DNA from: Takakia lepidozioides
Lineage: Eukaryota > Plantae > Bryophyta
DNA length: 64,000 bases
NCBI GenBank assembly: GCA_030704615.1
Contig: CM060731.1
Span: 13,454,001-13,518,000 of the forward strand
Direction of reading: 5' to 3'
Part shown: positions 25,660 through 39,230 of the stretch, piece after piece
Position numbering within the stretch: position 1 is the stretch's first letter
Layout of the letters: every line of letters begins with the position of its first letter
Notes under the pieces: generated by a model
Databases searched by the model: none
Seen by the model: only the letters and a program-made list of their open reading frames with translations
What the model was told of the DNA's origin: nothing
Program-made: the position numbers and the translations under genes

Positions 25660-28175
25660 GGTATTTTAAGAAGCGCTAAAAGAGAGCGCAATTCTGTCGA
25701 ATCCTATACAAGCAATAAAAAAAGAAACCTCAAGTACATACTCAACCCGACGTGCACAAGAATGGGCCAAGATCTTTTCTGTGAAGCATAAGATTGTGAG
25801 TTTTCTATTAAGTGATATGGTGTTCTTGAAGATTACACCTAAAGGAAGCAATTTGACACCAGACAAGTGTTTCATTACACTGATTTGTATAAAAGATCTC
25901 ATTGGGACAGTCATGCCTGGCGATGAAGAGGTCATACCTCAGCCCGTTTAATCAAATAATCCGTCGTCATACATAAACAACTCCAACCTTTTTAGATAAA
26001 TAGGAGAAGACCAACCGAGTCTATCCCAACTCTAGCAAATGCATTTTAATTCATAGAGAGAGATTGGAGTTCGTAATGTATCCCCACTCGAGGAAGAACC
26101 AATTGACACAACATCCTTCACACTTATAAATTCAGTTACATCTCGTTGGATCTCTTTCCTTCCAATAGAAGACCTCATGCATGCAAGCAATTGTCTTCTT
26201 GATGCCTAAGTCCCAACATAGATAGAGTAGTAAAATCATTCCATAATTTTTCTTTTCATACCCGGTTAGAAGTAGTGCTTCCGTGTTGACCAATAGATTT
26301 TCAGAAAGCCTAGGTGTCATCAGATTGGAACATTATGATTATCATGAATTATTCACAATCTCAGAGTCTTGAGCATGCGAATACACCAGTGTTGGGCAGT
26401 TAACCGGAATGAACTTGGTTAACCGGCGGGTCCGGTTCCGGTTAATAAGAACCAAACTGAAACCAAAACAAGTTGGGAGATCCGGAACGGGAACCGGGGC
26501 CGAGAATTTGGATGTGATGGAACCGGTACCACCGGTTCCATTGGGGTCACGATCTTCTGCCACTAACCGGAACCGAGAGCAGATAGGCGGTTCAGTTCCG
26601 GTTCGTGGAGTTATGTGTATCTCCCTACTCCATATTGCGGCCCTGCCAGCCGCACATCAAGTCGGGCCTCCTGCACCCCTCCTCCATGAGGCATGAGTAG
26701 GTACGCCCAGTTGGATTTTTCTTTTTTTCTTTTTTTCTACCTTTGTCCCTCTTTCAATCGAGTCTTGCTACTTCTGGCTGGTTGGGAATTTGTGCCTTAA
26801 CTGTGCATAACCTGGGTGATCCTAGGTTCAATCCTTCAATATGTGCCTTCAGCTGTCTATTGTCCATTGGCCTCTTGATGGACTCTGTGTTGAGCAGCAT
26901 GTTTATAAATTCAATGGATGTTAAAGAGAATTTATCTTTATCTTTACTTCATATTTTCTTACATTCTATTTTATTCTCTATTGCTCTCTCTCCCTTCACT
27001 CTCTTGATTTTGTTTAATTTTTTGTTTTACACCTTTGTACTACTGTTGCGAGTAGGAGCACTTGCAGCAAATATGGAAGGAGCATGGATAGCCATATGCC
27101 ACAACAAATGTCTATTTTGTAGGAAAACATACTAATATTTATTTGACCAATAGGACATTATATTTTGAATTTCCAGAGAAAATTTTGGTTTTAATTATTT
27201 TTGATAATTTAATTACGTAACCAGACCCTTAACCGGAACCGACAATTTGTTCCAGCAAATAACCGGAACCGGAACCGTCCTAATGTTCAAGAATTGGAAT
27301 GGAACCGGAGCCGTTTTTTTTCATCCCAAATAACCGCCACAGAACCGGAACCGCAATTTAAACCCTATCCTAGAACCGAACCCCAGGTTTTTGAAGAAAG
27401 CAATAACTACCCAACATTGGAATACGCAACCGACCATTATAAAACAATATCTTATCTCTCAAGAGGTACGGCTAATTTTGTTCTTTTTCAGGGGGTTCGG
27501 TTATCTCGTGACACTAGACTTTCAAAGGGTATCCGAAAGAATTTATCTCTCAAGTATCGACCCTTAATTTCTTGAAAAATCTGACTACGCAGGCATGAAA
27601 CAACATTGACTTGCAATGGTCTTCTAGAAAATCACATTTTTCTTTCCTTTGACATATTGAAACTATGGAAGTAATTTTGACCACCGTATCTATCTCTCCC
27701 TGTATTGTTGTTTGGCCAAATACTTAAACTTTGATGATCAGTCTCTACCATATGGGTTGGATAGTTCTTCTCTACCGTATCGATCTTTTGAGACTCATAG
27801 ACTTTACTTGTCCATCTTGCGTAACACAACTCCAATGGCTATATCACTCGCACTAGTACACAAATAATTGCTCCTTTAATAGGGTTAAACAATTCTAGTA
27901 TGGGATCATATGTCAGAACAAATTTCAACTTCTCAAAGCCGGCACCACATTCTTCAGTCCAAATATCTTTCAAGTTTACATGAATTCAAGTAGGTCAGTC
28001 CATTCAGTCAATGGACTGACCTGCAACATGAGAGAAAAATTTGCAAATTTTCGCAGGAAACTAGCAAATCCAATAAAGCTCCTAACTTCACTCTTATCAT
28101 TTGGCTTAGGGCATCCAACTACTCTCTCGATTTTCTTGGGATCAATTGAAGTTCCATCCTTAGAAATGCACATCC
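25660..28175 (-). mobile_element. Decayed Ty3/Gypsy pol remnant (RT/RNase H/integrase) split by a MITE
   Basis: ISKDGTSIDPKKIERV...P...SEVRSFIGFASFLRKF (RT C-terminus) and EKNYPTH...VETDHQSL (RNase H); many stops. Confidence 0.7.
26387..27419. mobile_element. hAT-family non-autonomous element (1033 bp)
   Basis: 16-bp TIRs CAGTGTTGGGCAGTTA / TAACTACCCAACATTG (2 mismatches); 8-bp TSD GAATACAC / GAATACGC; many AACCGG/CCGGTT subterminal repeats at both ends. Confidence 0.9.
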
Positions 28176-29616
28176 CACACGGATGGCCTTTATCTTACTT
28201 AGTGTAAAGCGCGGCACCTCATTTGGGTCTTTTGTAAAGTTTAAACCGTTTTTTCTTTTAAGAAAAAAATAGATAAATAAAAATGCAAGAGTCCAAAGCC
28301 GTATATTATTCGTGGGTCGTAGTCTCATGATTGACAATCGTTGTATGGAAGAAACGACAACATTCTAACACGAGAGCAGGAAAAAGTAGAAAGGTTCTCA
28401 ATTAACTTAGGTCGCAGCTGAGGGCGACCAGTACATCCGCACAAAAGTTACCAGCTCCCCTTTTGCTGTCATAATCCCTCACCTCTGAGTCTGCTCCGTC
28501 CTGCTCCGTCCTAAAAGCGGAATCGGAATATTCTGATTGAGAGGGAAATGGTGAATGAGTTCACATCTCAGTTGAAGGAACAAGAACGTGGCTGCCAGAC
28601 ACAAGGTTACCAATTTGAGAAGCAGCAGCTTTCTGAGCTCTGTGTCCCTCCCCTATCTCTGTCCTCTGTTAGCTCAGCTTCAGGTGTGGCTACTTCCTGG
28701 CATTCACTGTCATCTACAGCATATTGTGCTGCATTCGGAGGAGTTATTCGTCTGCAACAGTCTCCTACAGTGTTTCTAGTTTCAACCACCGACATTCCCT
28801 CATCGGCATGTTCACATGCTCACATGTTTGGTGATGGAGTGTTGGAATCGTCACTTCTCTTTATCTATAGCATAAGCTGTATCTTGGATCTGAAGGTGTT
28901 CGTCATCCGCATCTGAAGCTTGTGGAAATCACCAGCGGCCACCATCATCTTCAGCTTGTTCGGTCGGCCATTTCTCTTTGTCGGCGACGTGGATCCAGAT
29001 CCTAGACTAACCGCGAATGTCACCAGCGGTAACACATTATACTCTCTCTCGCCTTCTGCAGATCTGTGCTCTCCTCTTCTTCGGTAATTAACTAGACACC
29101 TATTTTCATCAGAGCACCAAGGGTTCATTTCGCTTTCTGAATCAACTCCCGACATTCCGCTGGATGATCTGCCCGCGCGTCTGACCAAGACTATAGTAGA
29201 TCTGAATCGATCAATTGCATTGTGGTCCAACTTGAGATTTCATTAACAATGTTGTGATCGATGCATGTTCTCCACTTTTCCCATGGTGGATTCAACAAAC
29301 TCGTGAATTGCATCCTGCTCTAGATCATACGAAGGCTTAAATGTCCTGCTAGAAGTATGTTGACAGCCCTACGTTCAGATTCGCTTCGTCTTCTTACTTA
29401 GCTCAATCCAGGTGAAGAGATCAGGGATGGAGAGACTGGCTAAGAGCATTCCACCACAGATCCATTTCCACTGTGAACTTCACCAATTACGGCTTGTGGC
29501 ATCCTAGGGTTTTATTCAGCTCAAAGCACACATCAATGCTCAAAGTAGTACGGGAAAGGACTGGAAATACTCTGTTACATGGAGGTTCTTAGTGCAAGGC
29601 ATGCTCCTCTTTGAAA

Positions 29617-32600
29617 ATGAGGGGTGCTTTGACTCTGGAAGCAAACAAGCATGATGCCCAGACTTTGGAATTGACTGGGAAAACTAGTTTTAAAACTCCG
29701 AGTAGGTTCCCTGATGAGCATGCGTCAGACATTCAAGCAGGTCTCGATAGACTGCCTGATGCACATAGCAGCTGTGCCACCATGGGAGAGGGACTTCATC
29801 ACAGCTCTGACGAGGAATTGGTCAACTCTGCAGATGATTGCCGCCTTGAAGTTGAAATGGGCTCTTTGCCTGTCAAAGCAAAGCGGGATCTTGTGCGCGA
29901 ATTGGATTCAAATGGGCACTGGGAATCAAAATGGTTGCAAAGGCTTACAAGGTTTTCAGACACGGACCACAGCCGAACCCCCTTGGAAGCTTCCAATTTT
30001 CCAAGCTCTGATGATGAAGCTGTGGTGGATGGAGGGCTTACAAGCAAAGCAAATAACCTTCAAACCTGCAGTTTGGAGAGCAAAGGACAAGCAAGTTACA
30101 GAAAGGTGGTTGACACAGACAGCTGCACCACGAGAGAAGGCAAGCATCGAGTTTCACATGATGAAGCAGTCTGCAGTGGGCAGGTGGTGCAGTGTGTAGA
30201 GAAGATGAGGGACGCCATCCCCTACAAAGCTGATAAACATTGTGCTCAGAAAATGGAACCAACTGTAGCAGTTGGCGTGGAAAGGGTAGTTGACACACGG
30301 AGCAGCCTGCTCACTATGAGAGAAGGCATTCATGAAAGTTTTGATGATGAAATAGGGGCACACCCTGATGATGGGGGACATAAAACCCCACCTCTCGAGC
30401 AATCCTCGAGTCTAGCAAAGACAGAAGTTAAAGTTATTGGAAGAGCATTGTCCCAGGGCATGGGTAAGGTGACTGAAAGTAGTGTGTGTAACCAAGGTGC
30501 ACGGAACAGGAGACCGATCTCTGACAAAACATGTACTAAGGATGTTGCAAAGAAGGCTCAGAAGAAACTTCATAAGAACTCTACGGAACTCAATGATTGG
30601 CTACCAGAAGGGTGGACAGTGGAGGTCAGAGTTCGTGGGGCTGGATCCACTGCGGGGACCAAGGATAAGGTATGGGCTTTACAGGGATGATCAGGAAGAA
30701 GGGTACATTGAGGGGGGGAGGTGCCTTAGGTCCAGATCCTTTCCAGGATTGGAGCAACTAAAAGTTCCTGTTGAAAGCTAGATTACATAAAGCATCTTGA
30801 CTTTGTATGATAATAACTTTTGAGTAAGATCATTTCCCATGCAGACAGGAAAAGAGTGTGTGAGAGAGTGTAGCTTCTGCTACAGAGGTACTTCTGATCT
30901 CAAGGTAGCACCAACCCTTGTTTGTTTGTAGAGTCACGATCTGTCACAGCACCTCATGCTATTCTCTGTGAGACGTAGAAACCTTTGAGTTGTAGGAGGA
31001 ATCAGACTAATTACCTTAATCAATCATTGGGGCCTATGCAAGTCACTGCTATTTAAATTTGTTTCCACAGTCTATCCTGTCACACCTGCAGACAATATCC
31101 ATTTTCTGATACATTGTCTGGGGTATTCTCACCTGACAGTGCCCCTCTTCATGGTTCCTGCAACTCGAGCAGATTGATGCTTGTGTGAGGGCTTTCTAGA
31201 GGATATCTGTAATCTTTTATATCAAGGTAAATCACACTGCTGGAGTGAGCCCCTCACAAAGGTAGTGCCTATTCCCTATGTTTCTGTCCAAACTGGGCGC
31301 GGCTTAGTAAACGATCATGAGAATCAATGCAGTGACCTCATAACCTAAAAGTGGTTTTGATTCTCAATTTTTTGACCATTTGTGCACTAACTGGCTGACA
31401 AATGTTGAGTTTGCAGTACTACCGGGATCCCTCCTCAGGACATCGGTTCCGTTCGAAGAATGAAGTCATGAGATATCTGGAGAAGGGGAAGTCATGGAAA
31501 CAAACTCCCAAACCTGGGGATTCAAAGGAACCCAAGAGTCGTGTGATTGAAGGTGAGATCATGAAGAATGAAGTTATGAGATATCTGGAGAAGGGGAAGT
31601 CATGGAAACAAACTCCCAAACCTGGGGATTCAAAGGAACCCAAGAGTCGTGTGATTGAAGGTGTAGTGACAGCTCCATCATGTGATATGAAGACTATCTC
31701 TTCAAATGCTGGCCACACGATGCCCGTTCCCACACTGACATCTGAGCCAGTTATGGCTATACCATCCACCTGGCTTGCACCAAATGGCACAGCCCCTTCG
31801 ACATGGGCATCTGTGTATGGTCCCAATGTGTGGCTTCCATGGAGTGAGTCTCACACCCAAGACCAAGATAAGTCTGGTCGGTCCAACCTTGGTCAAGTGC
31901 AGCCCCCGTGGTACAATGGCGGCCATACTACAACATCCGAGCCAGTTATTGCCATACCATCCACTTGGCTTGCACCAAATGGGGCAGCCCCGTCTATGAC
32001 ATGGGCATCTGTCTACGGTCCCAATGGTCCAATTTGGCTTCCTTGGGGAGGGCCTGCCACCCAAGACCAAGATAAATCTGCTAATTTCGACCGTGGTCAA
32101 GTGCAGCCGGTGCGTTACAATACAGAGACCCCACTTGTAAGGAGGGGAAGCACAAAAACTCCCGATGTCTTGAATTCACTGGAGGGGACATTGCCATCTG
32201 TCATCAGTGCCGAAGAGCAGAGAGAAATCATGAAAAATTCCATAGAGCCACAAGCCATAGAAAGCAGTAACAAGGTGATACTCAAGCTGAAGCGAAAGGA
32301 TCCTCTGCCAGGTACTCTTAGAGATTTCTCGTCTTACAATATAGGGGGTCTCACTTTCAACACTAGGACTGTATCCGTCTGTATAATGTGGCAGGTTCCT
32401 GCCAATGCCTTCTTGTGGTGAATGAGGGAAATCTGCTGCTCGGGTAATCTGAGATTTTGGCCTGGCAAGGCCCTCTTGGTTATATCTCCTTCAATGCAAT
32501 AGCAAGCCGTCGATGTAGTTGTCATTGCATCCAAAGTGTTGAAAAATGATTTATTTGTGCGCATGTCTTCTTGGTAGTTGCAATTGAACTTCTCATGAAA

Positions 32601-33170
32601 TAATTCAGGAACAGCAATCAACTATTACTTTGAACAGCAGGTTTTGGCCTTAGATTATGTTCGTAGCATTGTGCCTCGATTCCAAGATTGGAGAGCTCTG
32701 CCCTCAGAAAGTGAAAGTTGGTGCTGATGTGCTTGACCTGGCCTAGGTTGGACGCTCTAGTGCTTCCAAGAGGTGACAAAGGCTTAGTGACATGAAAATT
32801 GAATGCACCCTCTCTACCTTTTCTGTGAACTTCCATGTGGCCACAACGACGCCTTGAGGTCTAATGTAAACGGTGCAGAAAAGGTCATTAGACAAGCTTC
32901 TGATTTGTCCCTGGGGATGAGATGGGAGTGCAAAAGGGGGCAGAAGACTACTTTCTAATTTGGACCATTTCCTTCATGTGATAAACAGAGCCAGAGCAGG
33001 AGAAATCAAAGAGGCCCGCAATCTATGAAGTACCAGGCTCCTCTAGAGGAGCCAAGAACGGTTCCACTTCTGCATCAGCACCATATGCAGGAAAGGAAGG
33101 GACCTTTGACAGAGGATTCCACTTCTGCAGAGGAAGGGCTGCGGCCCTCAATGGAGATCTCCCTGGTTAA
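29617..33170 (+). CDS. Methyl-CpG-binding domain (MBD) protein, spliced; first and last exons uncertain
   Basis: Exon ending 30669 (WLPEGWTVEVRVRGAGSTAGTKDK|GT) joins the exon from 31417 (AG|YYRDPSSGHRFRSKNEVMRYLE) to rebuild a plant MBD. Probable second intron 32312-32988, giving a stop at 33168-33170. Confidence 0.8.
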
Positions 33171-35419
33171 GAAATCGAAGGGCGAAAGGTCATTATCTCC
33201 AAAGGGGGGAGATGGGCAACACTCTGCATTGGTTGCCATGGGGATCCCTGCAGTATATAGCAGTGTTGGATGCAATGTTGGCCATCAAGTCTTGGCAGGA
33301 GAGATATCAGTGCTATCACAGCCACCTGCAGACAACAATCTCCCGTTTGAGAAGGTTGCTGCTCGCTTGGAGAGGTTGGATTCGGTTTTTCCAGTTGTTG
33401 GGCAGAGCTTGGATGGTAACCATTAACAGCAGGGATCAAACGTGTCTGAAATTAGTTGTAAATGCAACCACTAGCCCATAAATTTCAGACTCATCTGCGT
33501 GGTCAGATGCTCTACAGGGTCAGACCATGATGTGAGTCAGCCCAATGCTTTGCACTGGATTTGCGGAGCTTACCAGTGTGCTTTTAATGCCTTTGTCAGA
33601 GCTTGGGGATTTCTAGCACTGTTCATTCATTTTGGCTCCTTGGCCAGTTACTAAGCCCTAGGAACGTAGCTCTATCATTGTCCTCTTGGGTCTGTAACTT
33701 TCAGGTCCCCCGTTTGTACATGCCACCACCATGGTCTAATTGTTACAACTGGCTCCAGGAAAGGTTTGGCCATAAGTTGCCCCCAAGTGTAAATGATAAC
33801 TAAGGAACAGGCTGGGAATTTGTTCCAACCTTGAACTAACATAAGACTTCGACGTGTAGTATGTAGCCTTTGTGAAACCAGTCTTTGTGAACTATGACGC
33901 TTTTTTGTATCATTTTAAAGTTACACACTTGAATCATAAGCCTTGTATACTTCATATCTTTTGCCTCGCGGTTCTTTGATCATCGCTTGAGCAAGCAGCC
34001 CAGCAGCCTGTGCCTTGCCTGTGTACCACCACAGTTCCTGACCAAGTTACAAAATGCTCCTTCAACCATCCATTGGCTCTTTGATGGGCTGTGCGCTGAT
34101 ATGGCCCAGGTCTATGAATACAACAAAGTTTTGGAGGAAGCCAATTTTCTCTGTGGAATACTGGGCACATGTAAAGGCCGCGTTTGTCAAGATTTTGTGT
34201 TGGAAGATATTCTGCATTCCACCTTGCTTATCAACATCATGACCATTTCTTCTATACATTTCTGAAAATTACACTGGAACTCAAAACAATCACTTCTGCA
34301 TAGCCCAGTCCCACTTCTGCACTAGTCCAGGGGCGTTGCGGTAAGTTGTTTTGCATCACTCATAAGCTTGTCATACGGATAACAAAATCACAACAATGTG
34401 CTTATAGACTAGGTAACGGGTGGCCTCAAACCGGTTCCGACACATCCAGAAATTGGATGGATTGTGCCTTGAAGAGGAGCATGCAAGTAGCAGTATCCTG
34501 GCATCTAAAATACCATCAATGCAATGGAGAAATGTAGGACTTGCTTCTGCTATACAATTTGCAGCTGCCCATAATCGTCATTGACTGCAACCCATCGATA
34601 CTAATCTACTTCAGGAAGTGCTTTGCCACTCAATTCTTACAAACGCAGCTCACCAATGTCTGAATGGAGTGAGTGTTGAAAATGTAACACACAGGTTCCT
34701 GAGAGATTCAAGTTCCGACATCCTCAATTGTGATGGGATTTGACTGTCCTGGCGTGAACCTGCTTCCAATCTATCGAACTCCTCACATATGGTGATGCAA
34801 TAGGCTGCACATGAATGTAAGGGGAGATTCTCCAAGGGGGGGGCCATTTGCATGTATCGAACGGTCTAGGATATTGGAGGAAGGATGATCCCTATTACCA
34901 GTCTCATGAATCGCTGTCCAAGGCTGTGGTCTACTCTTGAAGTGCATTGGCGGCCATCCGGTCAGCCCCTTTGTTGTGCTCACCAGGAACATACCAGACG
35001 CGGATAACGACGCCTTTGTGGAACATAAGTTGCTTGATCTCACGGTCAAGACGCCGAAACATTTTTCCACCATTTCAGCCAACTTTATGGTTAGAACCGT
35101 TTTTCCAAAGGTATGAATAAGAACTTGTGTGCTTCAGCCAATGGCAGTAGTCTACTGCCCCGATTCACAACATGAACATGTGAATAAGAACATTGGCAGC
35201 AATCTGCTGCCCATCTTTTCACCATATCAGCCAGCTTTATGGTTTTAAAACCAGATTTCCTTAAGGTATGAAAAAAGACATATCATGTTACACATGGGCA
35301 TTTTTTAAGTGGTGCTATAAAGAGCAAACCCACATCCAGGAGAAGTATTAAAGCCCACGAGTAGGGAAGGCTTTTCATCATAAGGGATCTGATGCTGACA
35401 TAAGGCATCAACTATAGGT

Positions 35420-35881
35420 TACCAGTTAACAGGAGTAATGTGCATTGCTTGAACCACATAATTGGAGTCCATCATCACAACAAATGTTGACCCGCACCAA
35501 CAATATCCGTCCTCCGAACACTTCCGGTCAAGCATCTCCTGGGAAGCCTTGAGCGCAGCGATAGCTGATCTCGGCACTCTGGTTTGTTTGCGGCTTGCTC
35601 AAAGGCAGGAGTTCCCCTTTGTTGTAAAAAGCTCCAGGCCCACCGTACACACCAACGCTCGCCCGGGCATATGGCGTCCCGTTGCCCCTGCATGCGCCAT
35701 CCACGTACAGCCCATAGAATTTGTCAACTGACAAATCTTTCAGGTGCACGAACGAACAATATTTGGCGTTGTATGTGAAGACCTTTCTGGGGGTGGCACC
35801 CTCACGGAACTCATACCGACACGGGTCAAATGTCAACTGGCTCCCCCAACCATTGGAAAACTGATAGATCGCCCCTTGCAT
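35420..35881 (-). pseudogene. RNase H1-like gene, frameshifted/truncated
   Basis: LYVDGACRGNG...ARASVGVYGGPG..YN....P...QTNQSAEI, then after a frameshift SAIAAL...VVMMDSNYVV: the first three RNase H carboxylates (D, E, D). Candidate 5'UTR intron ~35932-35994 (GTAAGT...CCTCAG) precedes the ATG at 35881. Confidence 0.75.
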
Positions 35882-37096
35882 GGTAACAATTATCTTCCTC
35901 AGGTGTCGACATCCGCACAGAGACTTGTGACTGAGGAACGACCAAGGAAAAGTTGAACAAAGATCAAGGCTTAAACCCTGGGAGTAATACTTACCTGCAT
36001 GAGAATCGAGCGAAATTGCCAAGATAGTTGAGGACATGGTTGAAAACCAAAGTAATCGACCATCCCAGCTCAAGCCCTTCTGATCATCAACCTTTTCAGT
36101 GTGTATCGAATGCATTTTCTATCCCTCATGCATGTACGTAAGGTACTATGCTGATTTCATACTGTATGAAATCCCTAATCCTTCTGTGCCCATTCAATGT
36201 GCACTTCCACTAGCATGCTTTTTTGTAGGGTTATGTTCTTCCCCCAGGACGCAATCATTTGAGAACCTTGGAGAGGAGCAAAAGCCCATTATTCAGAAAT
36301 CAGATCACACTTTTAGGGGAGATCGTATGGGGCTTGTACCAAGAACACTCACATAAGTATTGCTTGTGTGAAAGAATTGCCATGGAATTAGATACTCCAT
36401 ATTATGCACTCTGCACAAGAAGTAAGAGGGATCCTAGCTTCAAATATTGTGCATCTTGAGCACATGTCCAGCCTTGCCAGTAAGGTCTCCACCAACAAGA
36501 ATGTAATGAGCACGGGGCCACTGACAAGAGTACTAAGGCGCACTTACTAAAACACAACTAGGGTTAATCAAGTAACACAATCTCTACTTCACATGGATTA
36601 AGTGCGAGAGAGGAGTACAAATTGAAACTGAGTGTTGGCCACCATGCCTTTCAAGGAGCAGGTTGCAAAGATCTGAGAGAAGATGTCTTGTGAGAGCACT
36701 GTGACGATAATGAAAATTTGGCAAGATGGGTAGGAGGGAATTAAGCTTATGCTTGTAGTACTACGCACATGAGGGTGCGGGTAGCCCTGTGGTACCCAGC
36801 GGATGTGGGGGCGGACATCCGCCGTGACCACCGACATAGGCGGATGAAATCCCACGACTCATCCGTTGGGTGAACTCGTGCAAAAATTCACCGTGGCTTT
36901 GGTCGTTTCTCTAAGGGCACACATGCCACTACTCCACTTAGTGGAAAGCTTTACATGAGGACTTTAAACCGGGTGTGAATGAGAGAGTTGCCACTCGTTG
37001 CAGATTATATATTGAAAAACCCACATGAGGGTAGCATAAATTAGGTTCTTTGCAAAAAATGGAGAGGCTTTTCATTGGCAATAGAGCTTGATAGAG

Positions 37097-39230
37097 CATA
37101 ACTTCTTGTGTTCTTATTCAATTGGAGTGAAATAAATTCTCAGAAATGGGGCATGAAGCTAGCTTTCGAACAAGCTATTGCAATCTCATACAGCATGGAT
37201 TCACAACATATGACAAGCCCAAATGTAAGAGCAGGTCATATTGTCAAGGAAAATCAAAGTACGTGAACTCCCGACAGTGAAACAGAAAATGAATATTGTC
37301 TTCGGGTTGCCCACACAATAGGCAATTGCACTCTCCCTTTCCTCTCTGCTTCTGTTTACTGTTAAAAGGTAGGCTTCCCGCCCCGAGTTTAAATTTCAGT
37401 CTGGTGCCGAGAGTGGGTAAACCCTTCAGGTCATCCATGATATCATCCCCCGTGTCACAGACTGGAAACAGGTTCAGGGAAGTTTTATGCCTAACTTCAT
37501 TTTCATCAGACAATTTTCTGGTAACAGACATGGCTTTGGACACTACAGTCTCTAAGTCAGATTTATCCAGCAAGGTCAAGACTTGCGGGTCCAGATTCAG
37601 ATCCTTCGGAATCTCTTCTACTCTCTTCTACCAGGACTTAGCCTGTTTGACAGGGCGGTCCTGTTTCCAAGATATATAGTCGATTAACTTAGGACATATG
37701 GTTTGGAGCATGTTGACATGTACTCCTTAAGCACCCCCACTTGAATGGATTCTAGAGACTTAGCCTGGTTGGAGTTATCAACCCATATAGTAGATCCGTA
37801 CTCTAAAGCAGGTCTAATAACGCGGCAAAGCAAGGTTTTCTTTACCTCAGTGTTAATCCCTCTGCAGTGGAAAAATATCATGAGACTTGGCGCTTTGCCT
37901 AAGCCACTTTGAACAACTTTCTGGATATGTGCATCCCAGTTGTAGTTGGAGGAAAACTCACCGCCCAGGTATGTGTAGGAAGAGAGGACTGGAATCTTTT
38001 GCCTACCCCACTGCCACTTCAATATGCCTCCATGCTTGTGAATCTTGTGGCCCGCACGTCTTTCCCGGGGGGCTCCGATGCGAGGCATGCCATCTCATCA
38101 GTGTTGCCAATGAGGGGCTTCGGTAGTGTGCCTTCAATCGCAGGATCATCAGAAAGTAATGCATTTTCTAGGATGAAATACCCCACGTCCCCCACATGTA
38201 ATCATTCCATAAGCACACATAAATACAACACCCTTATGTCTTTCCCTTTATGCACCCTCTCCCTCATTACATCAAGCTGGGCCTCGGTTTTCCAACCATA
38301 ATTTCTTGTGTTCTTATTCAATTGGAGTGAAATAAACTCCCAGAGCTAGGAAATGAAGCTAGCTTTGCAAAAAGCTATTACACACCCATACTACAGGAGC
38401 TCATCAGATTCTACATGCCAATATGTGAGAAGAGGTCATATTTACAAGGGAAAACAAACTACATCAAGCTGGACCTCGGTTTTGCCAGCCGTAACTTCTT
38501 GTGGTTTTATTCAATTGAGATGAAACGAAAACTCAAAGGTAGGGAATCAAGCTAGCTTTCCAAGAAGATATCACACACCCATACTGAATGAATTCACAAC
38601 ATTCTACAAGCCCAAATGTGAAAGAAGGGCGTATTTTGAAGGAAAACAAACTACATCAAGATGGACCTCGGTTTTCCAAGCATAACTTCTTGTGGTTTTA
38701 TTCAATTGAGATGAAACCACATCTCAGAGCTGGGGAATCAAGCTAGATTTCCAACAAGATATTACACACCAATACATAATCGACATTCTATAAGCCCAAA
38801 TGTGAAAGAAGGCCACAATATGACGAAAAATAAACTACATCAAGCTGGACTTCGGTTTCTTGGCCATAACTTGTTGTGGTCTTATTCAATTGAGGTGGAC
38901 CAAAATCTCTGAGATGGAAAATCAATCTAGCTTTTTAAAATGATATCACACACCCATACAGCTTGAATGCACAACATTCTACAAGCCCAAATGTGAATGC
39001 AGGTCACAACATGAAACCAAGCAAAATACTTCAAGCTGCACCTCCGTTTTCTTGCCATAACTTCTTGTGGTCTTACGCAATTGATGTGAAACGAAATCCC
39101 AGAGCTAGGGAATCAAGAGAGCTTTCCAATAAGATATCACGCATCCATACTGCATAAATTCTCAACATTCTATAAGCCCTAATGTGAATGTAGGTCACAG
39201 TATGAAACCAAACAAAGTACTTCAAGTTGC
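37097..39230. repeat. ~190-bp tandem repeat array (about 6 units), first unit interrupted
   Basis: Units starting CATAACTTCTTGTG..TTATTCAATTG at ~37097, 38297, 38491, 38681, 38866 and 39056. Confidence 0.9.
37264..38267 (-). mobile_element. Non-L1 LINE ORF2 fragment (RT thumb and C-terminal CCHC; RTEX/I-like)
   Basis: YTYLG...NWDAHI...IRPALEYGSTIW...LESIQ and RLKFKLGAG...CLLCGQPEDNIHFLFHC; truncated at both ends. Confidence 0.7.

Noticed and set aside
33025-33426. 133-aa ORF as the last MBD exon or a separate gene
   Set aside because: The most plausible acceptor (32988) with a phase-1 donor selects another frame ending at 33170; no recognisable domain. Unresolved without RNA data.
37097-39230. 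Regular repeats as a CRISPR-like array
   Set aside because: Whole ~190-bp units are homologous, with no unique spacers and no cas genes; the context is eukaryotic.
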